From Parcubacteria group bacterium Gr01-1014_13 (GTDB lineage: Bacteria > Patescibacteriota > Patescibacteriia > Magasanikbacterales > GWA2-37-8): a stretch of 64,000 nucleotides of DNA. Positions within the stretch are counted from its first letter, which is position 1. Each line of letters opens with the position of its first letter. The stretch spans positions 80,424-144,423 of the forward strand of contig VMGB01000001.1 in assembly GCA_007376295.1 (NCBI GenBank). Reading direction: 5' to 3'. The notes beneath the pieces were generated by a model. That model was not told the origin of the DNA. It did not search any database and was given only the letters and a program-made list of their open reading frames with translations. Shown here piece by piece: positions 17,606 to 26,338 of this stretch. Made by a program: the position numbers and the translations under genes.

Positions 17606-19345
17606 TTATTTAACCTTTGATCCAAATTTTTGTCCGGAATCATCGGACCGAAGTGCGTTGTTTAAAGGCGCGTGAGAGAGATTGAATTTTTTACCGATAA
17701 ATTCATCGGTTGCCGAAAATTGCAACGAATTTGTCAGTAGAATGTTTTGTCCTATTTGCGCAACTGAAGGAGTAACAGAAACTTCAAAGTATAAACCCGT
17801 CTGGCTATTGGCTGGCAAAGTATTGTATCTCCAAGAAATGGTTCGGTCGGCATTGTTGTAATCTAATTGCGGACCTATAGAGGTGCTTTGTTTGCCGGTG
17901 AATTCTACACCCACTGGCAAGGAGGTGCTAAAAGTAGCTTCGTTAATCGCATTGGTAGTGTTGGTAATTTTTACAAGAATCCAGTATTTAGTCGTCTTTC
18001 CAACTCGCGGAGGCAATGGCCCGCGGCCCAGCTGGTCGCCTTCGGCAGTGTAATAGCGGGTTTCAATATCAAAATCAACTTCGGTAGCCAGTGGTATACG
18101 GGCACGTGAGCCGTCCTGGCTAAACTGTTGACCCGGAGCTTCGCTGACATGGCCTTTTACTGCAGGATATATTTCTAAATTGATTTTTTCTGCCTCGGAT
18201 AAATTAAAACTTGGTAATAAATAAATTTTTACAGTAAATGTATCGGCGCTTCCTGGGTTGCCGTTGCTAAGCTGGGTTCTGGAACTGCTATCAAAAAATA
18301 TCCCAGTTGTTTCTACCTTTGCGCCATTTTCTCTGGCTGTCTTTTTCCAATCGACTACGCTTTGTAAATTTGAAGACAAGTGAAGGGTGATGTTTTGTAA
18401 TTTAAAATCGCTTTTGTTCTGCCATTTTATTTCTATAGGTAAAGCTTGGCCCGGTTCGGCATATCCAGAATTCTCTAACGATCTGGCGTTAGAAATTACT
18501 TGCGGAGCAAAGACGCGCAATTCTTTGGTGGCCGGGGCCTGCGGCACAACATGATTATTGATTATAACTTGTGGGGTGACGCTAAAGGTAAAACTTCCGG
18601 ATTTATTTGGCGTTACAAATTGTCCTTCAATAACCTTGCTGCTGCCAGCCGAAAGCAAGATATTTTTGGTTTCTTTCTCACTCATTACATCCGCATTCCA
18701 ATTATTGATAACGGATATATTATTTACTTCACGGTTGCTGGAATTGGTAAGAGTGTAAGTAAATTTAATATTGGCATTAGGCAAAGTGGATGTAGTCATG
18801 GTTAATTTGCCGGCCAAAACACTGTCAGGCATGCGCGAAACAAAAGAAGACAACTTTTGTTCCCGGCCGGGATTGTTTTCCGGTTCATACGATAAGTTGG
18901 CAATTAACAACTCTTCTTTATTTGGTTCGCTCCAAAACCAGCCGTAAATTTCCGCTTGGCCAGTAGCACCAGCCTTTATTTCTTTGATAGCCGGGAAGAT
19001 AAAGTCATCAGAGAAAGTGTCTTTTGAAGTTTTGCTTCGGTCGATTATGAAGCCCTCTGGCAAATGTAGGGCCAAAGATACGTTGTTTAATTTAAATTTA
19101 CTTTTATTTTTATATTTTATTGTCAGATAAACTTCTTGTCCGCTTTTTATCCGTTCATTGCCCAGAGACATTGATACATCAATCGAGGTTGTGAGGCTTG
19201 GTTTCCAAAGCCACAAAAACATTGTGCTGCCAAGCAGGATTAGGGAAAAAGCAAACAGAGCCAAATCAAAAATGAATAGTTTTTTGGCGTGTTGGTAGTT
19301 ATTATGGTACCGTTTGCGGTAGTGACCTTTTAAAAATTTGAGCAT
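17606..19345 (-). CDS. large membrane-anchored extracellular protein with repeated beta-rich (DUF11/CARDB-like) domains
   Basis: N-terminal TM anchor 'LFIFDLALFAFSLILLGSTMFLWLW'. Long Ser/Thr/Asn-rich extracellular region with internal repetition. Confidence 0.45.
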   Translation of the reverse strand: MLKFLKGHYRKRYHNNYQHAKKLFIFDLALFAFSLILLGSTMFLWLWKPSLTTSIDVSMSLGNERIKSGQEVYLTIKYKNKSKFKLNNVSLALHLPEGFIIDRSKTSKDTFSDDFIFPAIKEIKAGATGQAEIYGWFWSEPNKEELLIANLSYEPENNPGREQKLSSFVSRMPDSVLAGKLTMTTSTLPNANIKFTYTLTNSSNREVNNISVINNWNADVMSEKETKNILLSAGSSKVIEGQFVTPNKSGSFTFSVTPQVIINNHVVPQAPATKELRVFAPQVISNARSLENSGYAEPGQALPIEIKWQNKSDFKLQNITLHLSSNLQSVVDWKKTARENGAKVETTGIFFDSSSRTQLSNGNPGSADTFTVKIYLLPSFNLSEAEKINLEIYPAVKGHVSEAPGQQFSQDGSRARIPLATEVDFDIETRYYTAEGDQLGRGPLPPRVGKTTKYWILVKITNTTNAINEATFSTSLPVGVEFTGKQSTSIGPQLDYNNADRTISWRYNTLPANSQTGLYFEVSVTPSVAQIGQNILLTNSLQFSATDEFIGKKFNLSHAPLNNALRSDDSGQKFGSKVK

Positions 19346-19384
19346 AATTCTAGACCGTATTATATAACTTTTGTTTGTTTTTTA

Positions 19385-19422
19385 CAAACCAAAACCCTCC
19401 GTTGAGGAGGAGGGTTTAAAAA
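19385..19422 (-). terminator. rho-independent terminator for the HTH gene (minus strand)
   Basis: Hairpin AACCCTCC...GGAGGGTT; the T-run is on the minus strand. Confidence 0.5.
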
Positions 19423-19423
19423 A

Positions 19424-19771
19424 TTATTTTTCAGGGTTTTCTTCATCCTCTGGTTCCTTTTCAGTTTCTTTAGTAACAACAATTTTTGGGTTAGGGGAGT
19501 AGAGAGGATTTTTTATTTTCCAGTTTCCTACAAATTGGCCAATACCTTTGTTTTCTAATTTGTTTTTTAAAGTTGTATGTCTTTGCGACCACTTCACCAA
19601 ACTCTCAAAGTTTAATTTGTATCTACCTGCAACAATTATATATGTAACTTCTTGAGCGGTAATGGCGCGTCTTATGGTTTGAGCATTAACACCAAAAAGC
19701 TTAGCCGCTTCTGATATAGATACACGTATTACTTCTTTTGGCTTTTCATTTGTGTCAGCTTGATCGATCAT
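19424..19771 (-). CDS. excisionase/MerR-superfamily helix-turn-helix DNA-binding protein
   Basis: 'ISEAAKLFGVNAQTIRRAITAQEVTYIIVAGRYKLNFESLVKW' fits the excisionase-family HTH. Start set at ATG 19771 ('MIDQ...'). ORF-track start 19801 and ATG 19789 lie inside operator copy 1. Confidence 0.55.
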   Translation of the reverse strand: MIDQADTNEKPKEVIRVSISEAAKLFGVNAQTIRRAITAQEVTYIIVAGRYKLNFESLVKWSQRHTTLKNKLENKGIGQFVGNWKIKNPLYSPNPKIVVTKETEKEPEDEENPEK

Positions 19772-19778
19772 AACGTTG

Positions 19779-19803
19779 TTTGTATACATTAGTGTATACA
19801 AAT
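19779..19803. promoter_or_regulatory. operator-like palindrome copy 1 (TTTGTATACAtTAGTGTATACAAAT, one central mismatch)
   Basis: First of three near-identical 25-26 bp inverted repeats. Abuts the HTH gene start. Confidence 0.55.
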
Positions 19804-19863
19804 ATTAACAAGCGCTAGTTTTTATGTCAAGAGTGAAGGTTATTTACCTGATAAATTATAGTT

Positions 19864-19889
19864 ATTTGTATACACTAGTGTATACAAAT
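19864..19889. promoter_or_regulatory. operator-like perfect palindrome copy 2 (ATTTGTATACACTAGTGTATACAAAT)
   Basis: Perfect 26-bp palindrome, 85 bp from copy 1. Confidence 0.55.
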
Positions 19890-19945
19890 ATACAGAAAAA
19901 AGCTGATAAACACTAGGGTTAGGCAAAATTGATCTACACTCAATC

Positions 19946-19971
19946 ATTTGTATACACTAGTGTATACAAAT
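19946..19971. promoter_or_regulatory. operator-like perfect palindrome copy 3 (ATTTGTATACACTAGTGTATACAAAT)
   Basis: Perfect 26-bp palindrome, 82 bp from copy 2. Confidence 0.55.
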
Positions 19972-20253
19972 TAAGTCGTATTTTAGTTTAAAAATGTTCG
20001 ACAAGTTAACAGGTTAAACCCTGCTTAAGTATCGGGGATCATTGTAGCTTAATCGGAAGTTCAAACACCCTCACTTTTGATAGGTATATTTAGGTACATA
20101 TATAATGTAATAAATTTGACCTAAATATGGGTTTCTGATAAACTGCTTATCACCCCGCTATGTACTGACTTATCGCTAGAAAAGGGCGAATTATGTGTAA
20201 TTAGGGTATATATAGGTAGGTGTAACATTATTGCTCACTTTACGTCTACTATA

Positions 20254-20835
20254 ATGTCCAGAAGCAACTTCAACGAAAAACTCCTACTTTTAAAGCTTCG
20301 TACGACAGAAGATCCTGAAGCTTTCGCTAAGTTATATGATATCTATGCAAAACGTATCTATAGCTTTGTTTTTTTTAAAGTTTCAAATCGTGAGGAAGCA
20401 GAGGATATAACATCGGAAGTTTTTCTAAAAGCTTGGCGGTATATAAATGAGAAAAAGAAAATAGAAAGTTTTAGCGGTCTGCTTTATAGATTAGCGCGCA
20501 ATTGCGTGATCGATCTATACCGATCAAGATCAAAACAAAAAGAAACCTTGTCGATTGATACGGAAATAACGATAGAAATTGGCGATGCTGGAAAATGGAA
20601 AGAAGATTTGGGAGAAGAGATAGTGAATAAGCTGGAGATGCAAAAAATAGTGGGAGCCTTACAAAAAATGAAACAAGAATACAGAGAAGTGGTAACCCTG
20701 AGATATGTAGATGAATTGGAAGTAAGCGAGATTGCCGAAATTACCGGCAAAGGACATATAGCAGTCAGAGTAACTTTGCACCGGGGTTTAAAAAAACTTA
20801 AAGAACTATTAAAAGAACAGCCAGCGGTTGAATAA
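20254..20835 (+). CDS. ECF-type RNA polymerase sigma factor (sigma-70 regions 2 and 4)
   Basis: Region 2 'LYRLARNCVIDLYRSR'. Region 4 HTH 'EYREVVTLRYVDELEVSEIAEITGKGHIAVRVTLHRGLKKLKE'. Confidence 0.8.
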   Translation: MSRSNFNEKLLLLKLRTTEDPEAFAKLYDIYAKRIYSFVFFKVSNREEAEDITSEVFLKAWRYINEKKKIESFSGLLYRLARNCVIDLYRSRSKQKETLSIDTEITIEIGDAGKWKEDLGEEIVNKLEMQKIVGALQKMKQEYREVVTLRYVDELEVSEIAEITGKGHIAVRVTLHRGLKKLKELLKEQPAVE

Positions 20836-20840
20836 AAATT

Positions 20841-22181
20841 ATGTCCCGTGACTTAATTAAACAACTTAAATCTCTGAAACAGGCAGAGGTAAGACCAAGC
20901 GAGAAGTGGTTGAAAAACAACCGCGAGCTTTTGTTGTCCCAAATTAAAAACACGGTTACTCCAAAAGAAAAAACTAAATTTAATTTTGAAACTGTCTGGC
21001 AAGCAATGTCCATATTTTTGCCATATTCATTTGTACACAAAGTTGTACGCCCAATAGTTGTGCTTTTGCTTGTAGTTGGTATGGGTATCAGCAGCTGGGT
21101 AGTAGCAGCTAGCGCCTCTTCCGAATCTTTGCCTGGCGAATGGCTTTATTCCGCCAAGAGAGTAGCAGAAAAAACTCAGGTCATAATGGCCGATGTGGTA
21201 GGGGATACAAATGGCTCCACAATGTTGCATGTTGAATTTGCTAAACGAAGAGCGGAAGAAACCAGAGACATTGTTTCTCAAAATGACCCGTCTAAAATTG
21301 AAATAGCCGCTCAAACAGTTAGTGATCTAAAAGAAGAGATGCGAACTGTCAGTACTAAATTGGAAGAAATAAAGACAACTCAGGATTCAAAAGCGGAAAT
21401 GGCTCAAAACATAAATCAAAATGCTCAAGAAATAAAGGATGTTTTAAAAGAAGTAAAAGTAAATCTTTTGACTAACTCTGACACTACTAGCAGCAGTGAT
21501 GATTTGTCTGCTCAAGTTTCTGAAGTAAAAAATTTAGCCAAAGATACTGCGGTAAGAGCTGTAGAAATTATGGTTGAAAAACATTTACAAGGAGATACAA
21601 CTGTTTCTAAAGACGATGTTAAACAAGCTATAAACGTTCAATTGCAATCTGCTATTAAAGATGCGAATGACTCCAAACAAAGCGTTGATGAAGTAAATAA
21701 AGTATTGGGTGTAGTAAAAACAGAAGTAGATGGTTTAGCCCATGATGCTAAGGGAACGGATTTAGTAAGCACTACCCAAGCATTGTCCGATAAAATTGAC
21801 GCTACTTCCAAACAGACTCAGGCCGCAGTTAGTAGTACCAAACAATTTAATGTTGTAGCCGGTAAAACAGTTGATGAAGGACAGATGTTGTTGTCTCAAG
21901 ATAATTTAACTTCGGCTGTGGATAAAATTAAAGAAGCAAACACTGCCACTACTCAATCCGAAAAAATTACCGATGATACTTTGAAAGCAGTGCAAAATGT
22001 TCTGCCAGTTGTAGCTGTGGCTACAGATGCGCCGATTGTTTCCACCACCGTTGTTCTTGCTACCACGACAAGCAGCAGTTTGAATATCATATTAAGCGTA
22101 TCTACAACTATAAAAATCACTACATCCACTCCGGCGATGGTGATTTCTAGTAGCACCGGTTTAACCACTACAAAAAAATAA
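20841..22181 (+). CDS. anti-sigma-factor-like single-pass membrane protein (DUF5667-like extracytoplasmic domain) with long coiled-coil C-terminal region
   Basis: Starts 5 nt after the sigma-gene stop. Short cytoplasmic N-domain, TM 'IVVLLLVVGMGISSWVVAA', then 'LPGEWLYSAKRVAEK' (resembles the DUF5667 N-motif, from memory). T/S-rich C-terminal tail. Confidence 0.5.
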   Translation: MSRDLIKQLKSLKQAEVRPSEKWLKNNRELLLSQIKNTVTPKEKTKFNFETVWQAMSIFLPYSFVHKVVRPIVVLLLVVGMGISSWVVAASASSESLPGEWLYSAKRVAEKTQVIMADVVGDTNGSTMLHVEFAKRRAEETRDIVSQNDPSKIEIAAQTVSDLKEEMRTVSTKLEEIKTTQDSKAEMAQNINQNAQEIKDVLKEVKVNLLTNSDTTSSSDDLSAQVSEVKNLAKDTAVRAVEIMVEKHLQGDTTVSKDDVKQAINVQLQSAIKDANDSKQSVDEVNKVLGVVKTEVDGLAHDAKGTDLVSTTQALSDKIDATSKQTQAAVSSTKQFNVVAGKTVDEGQMLLSQDNLTSAVDKIKEANTATTQSEKITDDTLKAVQNVLPVVAVATDAPIVSTTVVLATTTSSSLNIILSVSTTIKITTSTPAMVISSSTGLTTTKK

Positions 22182-22395
22182 AAAATAATTTTCTTTTTCT
22201 TTGGTATGGAATCCGGACTCAGTCGGGATTGCACACGAGAGAGAAAGGAAAAAAGTTAATCACGGTTTTTGCATCAGGTCGAGGGCTCATAAAGAGCTCG
22301 CAAAACCATTGTATCCCCACACGGGGAAAAACTTTGGTCTTAGTGACGTCATATTAAGTGATGCGCATAAGATCAAGGAATAAATAATTTAAATT

Positions 22396-25300
22396 ATGAG
22401 CGATGTATTAAAATTCGGGAAGAAAGTCTTCACGTCCAGTGTCGTCGGCGCCACTATGTTGTGGTCTGTCGGCGTTTCTGCATTGTTGCCAGCTGTTGCT
22501 AACGCTGCAGTTTGCCCAGCAATGAGTTCAGGAGACATGGTAAAGGTATCTGGAAAACCAGCTATCTATTCTGTGAACAACTCAATGAAGATTCTATATT
22601 TCCCTTCAGGTGATGAATTCAAGAGTTGGACTAGCCTTTCAGCAACTGCCCCTAATCAGTATGCTTCCCAAGGTTATCTAACAATCACTCAAGATTGTTT
22701 CGATTCTTTATCAGTTCCTAGCACATACCCAGGTGGCGTAAACTTCCGCCCAGGTTCATACGTTGTCAAGAGACCTTCTTCTGATCAATTGTATGTTGTA
22801 TTGCCAGGCAACAGTCTAGCTAAAATTAGCTCAACTGATGCTAAAGCTTTATACGGAACTAACTACAAAGTAATGACTGTTGCCGATGCTTTCTGGCCTC
22901 ACTATGTAAATAGAGGAGCCGATGTTGCTGGTACAGTTCATGAAGGTATGTTGGTAAGTAATGACGGCAAAACTTGGTATGTAGATGCTGGTATGAAATT
23001 ACGAGAAGTAACAGCTGCAGGCATGACCGCAAACAGATTCAAAGCTGGTTGGGTTCACGCTGTTCCAGCTTCTTACTTAGCAGGCACTTCAGTTGGTGCT
23101 ATGCTTGATTCAATGGAATCTACTTTAACTAACAGAACTCAGGACGGAGCTGTGACTCCAGGTCCAGCCCCAGTTGGCGGAAACCTAACTGTTTCTTTGG
23201 CCGCTGATAATCCAGCTGCTGCCAATTTAGCAGATGGTTCTGCTTACAACAGTGTCTTAAAATTAAACTTAAGAGCTGGTTCAGCAGCCACTAATGTTAC
23301 AGGAATTACTTTGACTAAGACTGGTTTAATTGCTAATACCAATATAACCGGCGTTAGTGTTTGGGATGCTCAAGGCAATCGCCATGGCGATGTTATGAGT
23401 TCTTTAACTTCTGACAACAAGGTAACTGTAAGTTTCGGCTCTTACCCAATCATGGTAGCCGCAGGTGGTTCTGAATCATTACTAGTTGCAGTAAATATCG
23501 CCACCACTGCTAACTCCGGTTTAGTTGGCTTCAATGTGAATGCTGCTACCGATATTATGAGTAATGGCACTGCTGGCGGATCATTCCCAATCGTTGGTAA
23601 CCAGATGTCTATCATTGACGGCAATGCCTCTTTGGGCGCTTTCACCGTTACTGGTCAGTCCGTTGGTGGTTCTGCCAACCAACCAGCTAGCACTGCTGCT
23701 GGAAACTTAAATATTGGTGACTTACAAAAAGAAGTTGCTAAATTTAGATTTACCGAAACTAGCGGCAATGAAGATCTGACAGTTTCCCGGTTGACTTTCT
23801 ATGCAGCTGGTACTATCCAAGACAGCGACTTAGCTAACATCAGCGTATACGGACCGGATGGCGCTTTGCTTGGCAATGGCGGTAGTTTGAGTAACCGTTA
23901 TGTAACGGTTAAATTCGCTACTTCATACGTTGTGCCAAAGAGCACCAACCGAGATCTCTCTGTAAAAGTTGACGTTATAAACGGTTCAACCCGCAATTTC
24001 AATATCCACTTACAGAGCGACTACGACATGCTAGTAAAAGGCAATACTACCGGATTCTTCATCTTACCTACCAGCTTTACCGATACAACCAGCACTAGCG
24101 CTTGGTTTAATATGGGTTCTGGTACCTTGACTGTAAACAAGACCCCAAGTTCTCCAGCTGGAAACATTTCCTCTGGCGCATCAAATGTTGTTTTGGCTAG
24201 ATTCGATGTTAAAGCCACTGGCGAAAACATGGAATTACGCAAGATGGGTCTTGGTATCAACAGAGGTAATGGATCTGTGTTAGCCTTAACAGGTAATGTT
24301 ACTGTTCGTGACGCTTCAGACGGAACTGTATATTTGACAGTTGCTGCGTCAACTGCGGATCTATACACTCCAGCCGCAGCTCAGCGTAACTTATCAAGCT
24401 ACATTAACCTTACTGCTAATCAGACAAAGACATTGGAAGTAATTGGTAGTGTTAACACAACCGCAACTTCTGGAAACAGCTATATAGTAGGAGTTGGTAA
24501 TTTCTATGCGAAGAGAGCTTCGACATTAGACTTTGCTGATAACCTGCCAAACAGCACTAACACCAGCACAGCTGCCAACCAATTAACAGTTAGCGCAACT
24601 TCGCTAACCTGCAACAGAGACACAGCTATGGGTAGCGTTACCCGCGCTGCTGGTACTACTTCAGTTATCGCTCAGTACATTTGTACAGCCGGTACCTCCG
24701 AAGATGTTCGCTTGAGCAATACCAATATTAACTTTGGTCCAGTTTCAGGCGGAACTGCTGCTAGCACATTCCAAAACATGTCGCTTTGGAACGGATCTAC
24801 TCAATTGGGTACAACTATAAGCACCGTTGCTTCCTCTTCTAACTCTTATAGTTTTGATCTTACTGTTCCAAAGAACGGAACTGTAATGTTACAGGTAAAG
24901 GCGTTGATTGTTTCCGGAGCAACCGCAGTAGTAACCACTTCCTTTGGAAGTTATAACTTTAACGGTAAAGATAGTGGAACTGCCGGAACTGGTAACCCAG
25001 TAGCCGGTCAGCAAGTCACTGTTGGATCCGGTAACTTATATATTACTGCTGTATCCGATGCTACAACCATTGGAAAGATTTACGGTCCTTCTCAAGCAAG
25101 TGTACAGTTAGGCAAGTGGAAATTCACCGCTACTAACGATGACATTACTTTGAAAAAGTTGACCTTAACCTCTCGCAATGCGCACGTTACCGGCGGAGAC
25201 CAGACTGCGTTGGGTACATTTGGCACACTATCCTTATACGATGGTTCAACCAAATTAGCTGATGCTAGTTATGTCACCGGTGACGTAGTATTTACTGGCT

Positions 25301-26157
25301 TTAGCGCTTCCATCCCAATGGATAGTTATAAAGTCTTTACACTAAAAGGCGGTACAACTGCTTCTGGTGTAATCTCCAGTAACACCACTACGGTCTTCGT
25401 TGTGAAGAGCGACAGCAATACAGATATGGAAGCCATGTCTTCCGCTGGTTCATTGTTGGGAACTGCAGATATTTCTGCAACTTCCTCTACAAGCAACAGT
25501 CTTGCTGAAACCAGATTTGCCACATCCACCCAGTACTTCTTCCATGATGCTTACCCAACTATGGTAGCCACATCACTTGGAAGCTCGCTAGGTTTGGATA
25601 CTACAGCTCAAATCCTTAAATTCACCATTACCAATTCCGGTACTCGTGACTTAAGATTTGGTTCAAGTACAATCGCAGTCAGCGTATCTGGCTTGCAAGG
25701 CAATTCAGGTCCTACCGCATCTAGTGGTACGATCAGAGGCTTCAGATTGTATGAAGAGGGCGCCCCTGGTACATTGGGAACACGTCTCGCCGGTGGTACT
25801 GCTAACGATTCCGCTGATGTGGTAATCGCTTCAAGCACTGCCAGCCCTTCAAACGTAACCTTTGACCCGACCAATGATGTAAACAGCCTGTTGGATAACT
25901 TTGTTATCTCTCCAGGTTCTAGCAGAACATTGATCGTTACTGCCGACACCTCCAATATGGGTACTACAAAGACAGCGGGAACTTCTGTGACCGTGTCTGC
26001 GAAGATCTCCGGTTCAACCGGTTGGAGCGGCACAGCTTGGAACACAGGTAACTTGTTCTACTACTACACTGCAGTAGGTGGTACTGAGAACACAGTTCCT
26101 TTCACTCACTCAGATTCTTACGATGTACAAGGTTCAACAATGAGCCGGTCCTTCTAA
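22396..26157 (+). CDS. giant (1253 aa) secreted cell-surface protein, Cys-free, Thr/Ser/Gly/Ala/Asn-rich with repeated Ig-like segments (S-layer/adhesin-like)
   Basis: Signal peptide 'VVGATMLWSVGVSALLPAVANA'. Extreme compositional bias, no Cys, recurring 'LT..T..GT' beta-strand-like repeats. Strong terminator follows. Confidence 0.6.
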   Translation: MSDVLKFGKKVFTSSVVGATMLWSVGVSALLPAVANAAVCPAMSSGDMVKVSGKPAIYSVNNSMKILYFPSGDEFKSWTSLSATAPNQYASQGYLTITQDCFDSLSVPSTYPGGVNFRPGSYVVKRPSSDQLYVVLPGNSLAKISSTDAKALYGTNYKVMTVADAFWPHYVNRGADVAGTVHEGMLVSNDGKTWYVDAGMKLREVTAAGMTANRFKAGWVHAVPASYLAGTSVGAMLDSMESTLTNRTQDGAVTPGPAPVGGNLTVSLAADNPAAANLADGSAYNSVLKLNLRAGSAATNVTGITLTKTGLIANTNITGVSVWDAQGNRHGDVMSSLTSDNKVTVSFGSYPIMVAAGGSESLLVAVNIATTANSGLVGFNVNAATDIMSNGTAGGSFPIVGNQMSIIDGNASLGAFTVTGQSVGGSANQPASTAAGNLNIGDLQKEVAKFRFTETSGNEDLTVSRLTFYAAGTIQDSDLANISVYGPDGALLGNGGSLSNRYVTVKFATSYVVPKSTNRDLSVKVDVINGSTRNFNIHLQSDYDMLVKGNTTGFFILPTSFTDTTSTSAWFNMGSGTLTVNKTPSSPAGNISSGASNVVLARFDVKATGENMELRKMGLGINRGNGSVLALTGNVTVRDASDGTVYLTVAASTADLYTPAAAQRNLSSYINLTANQTKTLEVIGSVNTTATSGNSYIVGVGNFYAKRASTLDFADNLPNSTNTSTAANQLTVSATSLTCNRDTAMGSVTRAAGTTSVIAQYICTAGTSEDVRLSNTNINFGPVSGGTAASTFQNMSLWNGSTQLGTTISTVASSSNSYSFDLTVPKNGTVMLQVKALIVSGATAVVTTSFGSYNFNGKDSGTAGTGNPVAGQQVTVGSGNLYITAVSDATTIGKIYGPSQASVQLGKWKFTATNDDITLKKLTLTSRNAHVTGGDQTALGTFGTLSLYDGSTKLADASYVTGDVVFTGFSASIPMDSYKVFTLKGGTTASGVISSNTTTVFVVKSDSNTDMEAMSSAGSLLGTADISATSSTSNSLAETRFATSTQYFFHDAYPTMVATSLGSSLGLDTTAQILKFTITNSGTRDLRFGSSTIAVSVSGLQGNSGPTASSGTIRGFRLYEEGAPGTLGTRLAGGTANDSADVVIASSTASPSNVTFDPTNDVNSLLDNFVISPGSSRTLIVTADTSNMGTTKTAGTSVTVSAKISGSTGWSGTAWNTGNLFYYYTAVGGTENTVPFTHSDSYDVQGSTMSRSF

Positions 26158-26205
26158 TGAGTTTGTTAGAGAAGAAAGAGTGCTAATGAGCAATTGTTAG
26201 TACGA

Positions 26206-26247
26206 CCAAACAACCCCTCGCCAATTTGGCGGGGGGTTTTGGTTTGG
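26206..26247 (+). terminator. rho-independent terminator (CCCCTCGCC-AATTT-GGCGGGGGG + TTTTGGTTTGG)
   Basis: 9-bp G/C stem plus T-tract. The upstream A-tract 'CCAAACAA' mirrors it (bidirectional potential). Confidence 0.7.
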
Positions 26248-26338
26248 CTGGTTGGCTATGAAACTTGACAATTTAGCTAATTTATAGTATAGTTTCAACA
26301 CTTTCTGCCCCAGTTAGGCAGATTTTTAAATTATATTT

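Noticed and set aside
19779-19971. Three evenly spaced identical ~26-bp repeats could be taken for a mini CRISPR array.
   Set aside because: The repeats are perfect palindromes of the operator type. Spacers would be ~55-58 bp (too long). There are only three copies, no cas genes in the window, and copy 1 overlaps a regulator gene start. This fits a multi-operator site better.
20248-20256. TATAAT hexamer immediately at the ECF sigma gene start.
   Set aside because: It overlaps the ATG itself (TATAATG), so it cannot be the -10 for this start codon. It is probably coincidental in AT-rich sequence.
22182-22395. Possible riboswitch in the leader of the giant surface-protein gene.
   Set aside because: Hairpins are present, but no known riboswitch consensus (TPP, SAM, glycine, c-di-GMP, etc.) is recognisable. 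It is kept only as a 'structured leader' note inside a finding.
23442-26045. Antisense ORFs (23442-23645, 24021-24368, 25326-25529, 25608-26045) inside the giant surface protein gene.
   Set aside because: The repetitive low-complexity coding sequence creates long open antisense frames. There are no start contexts and no independent signals.
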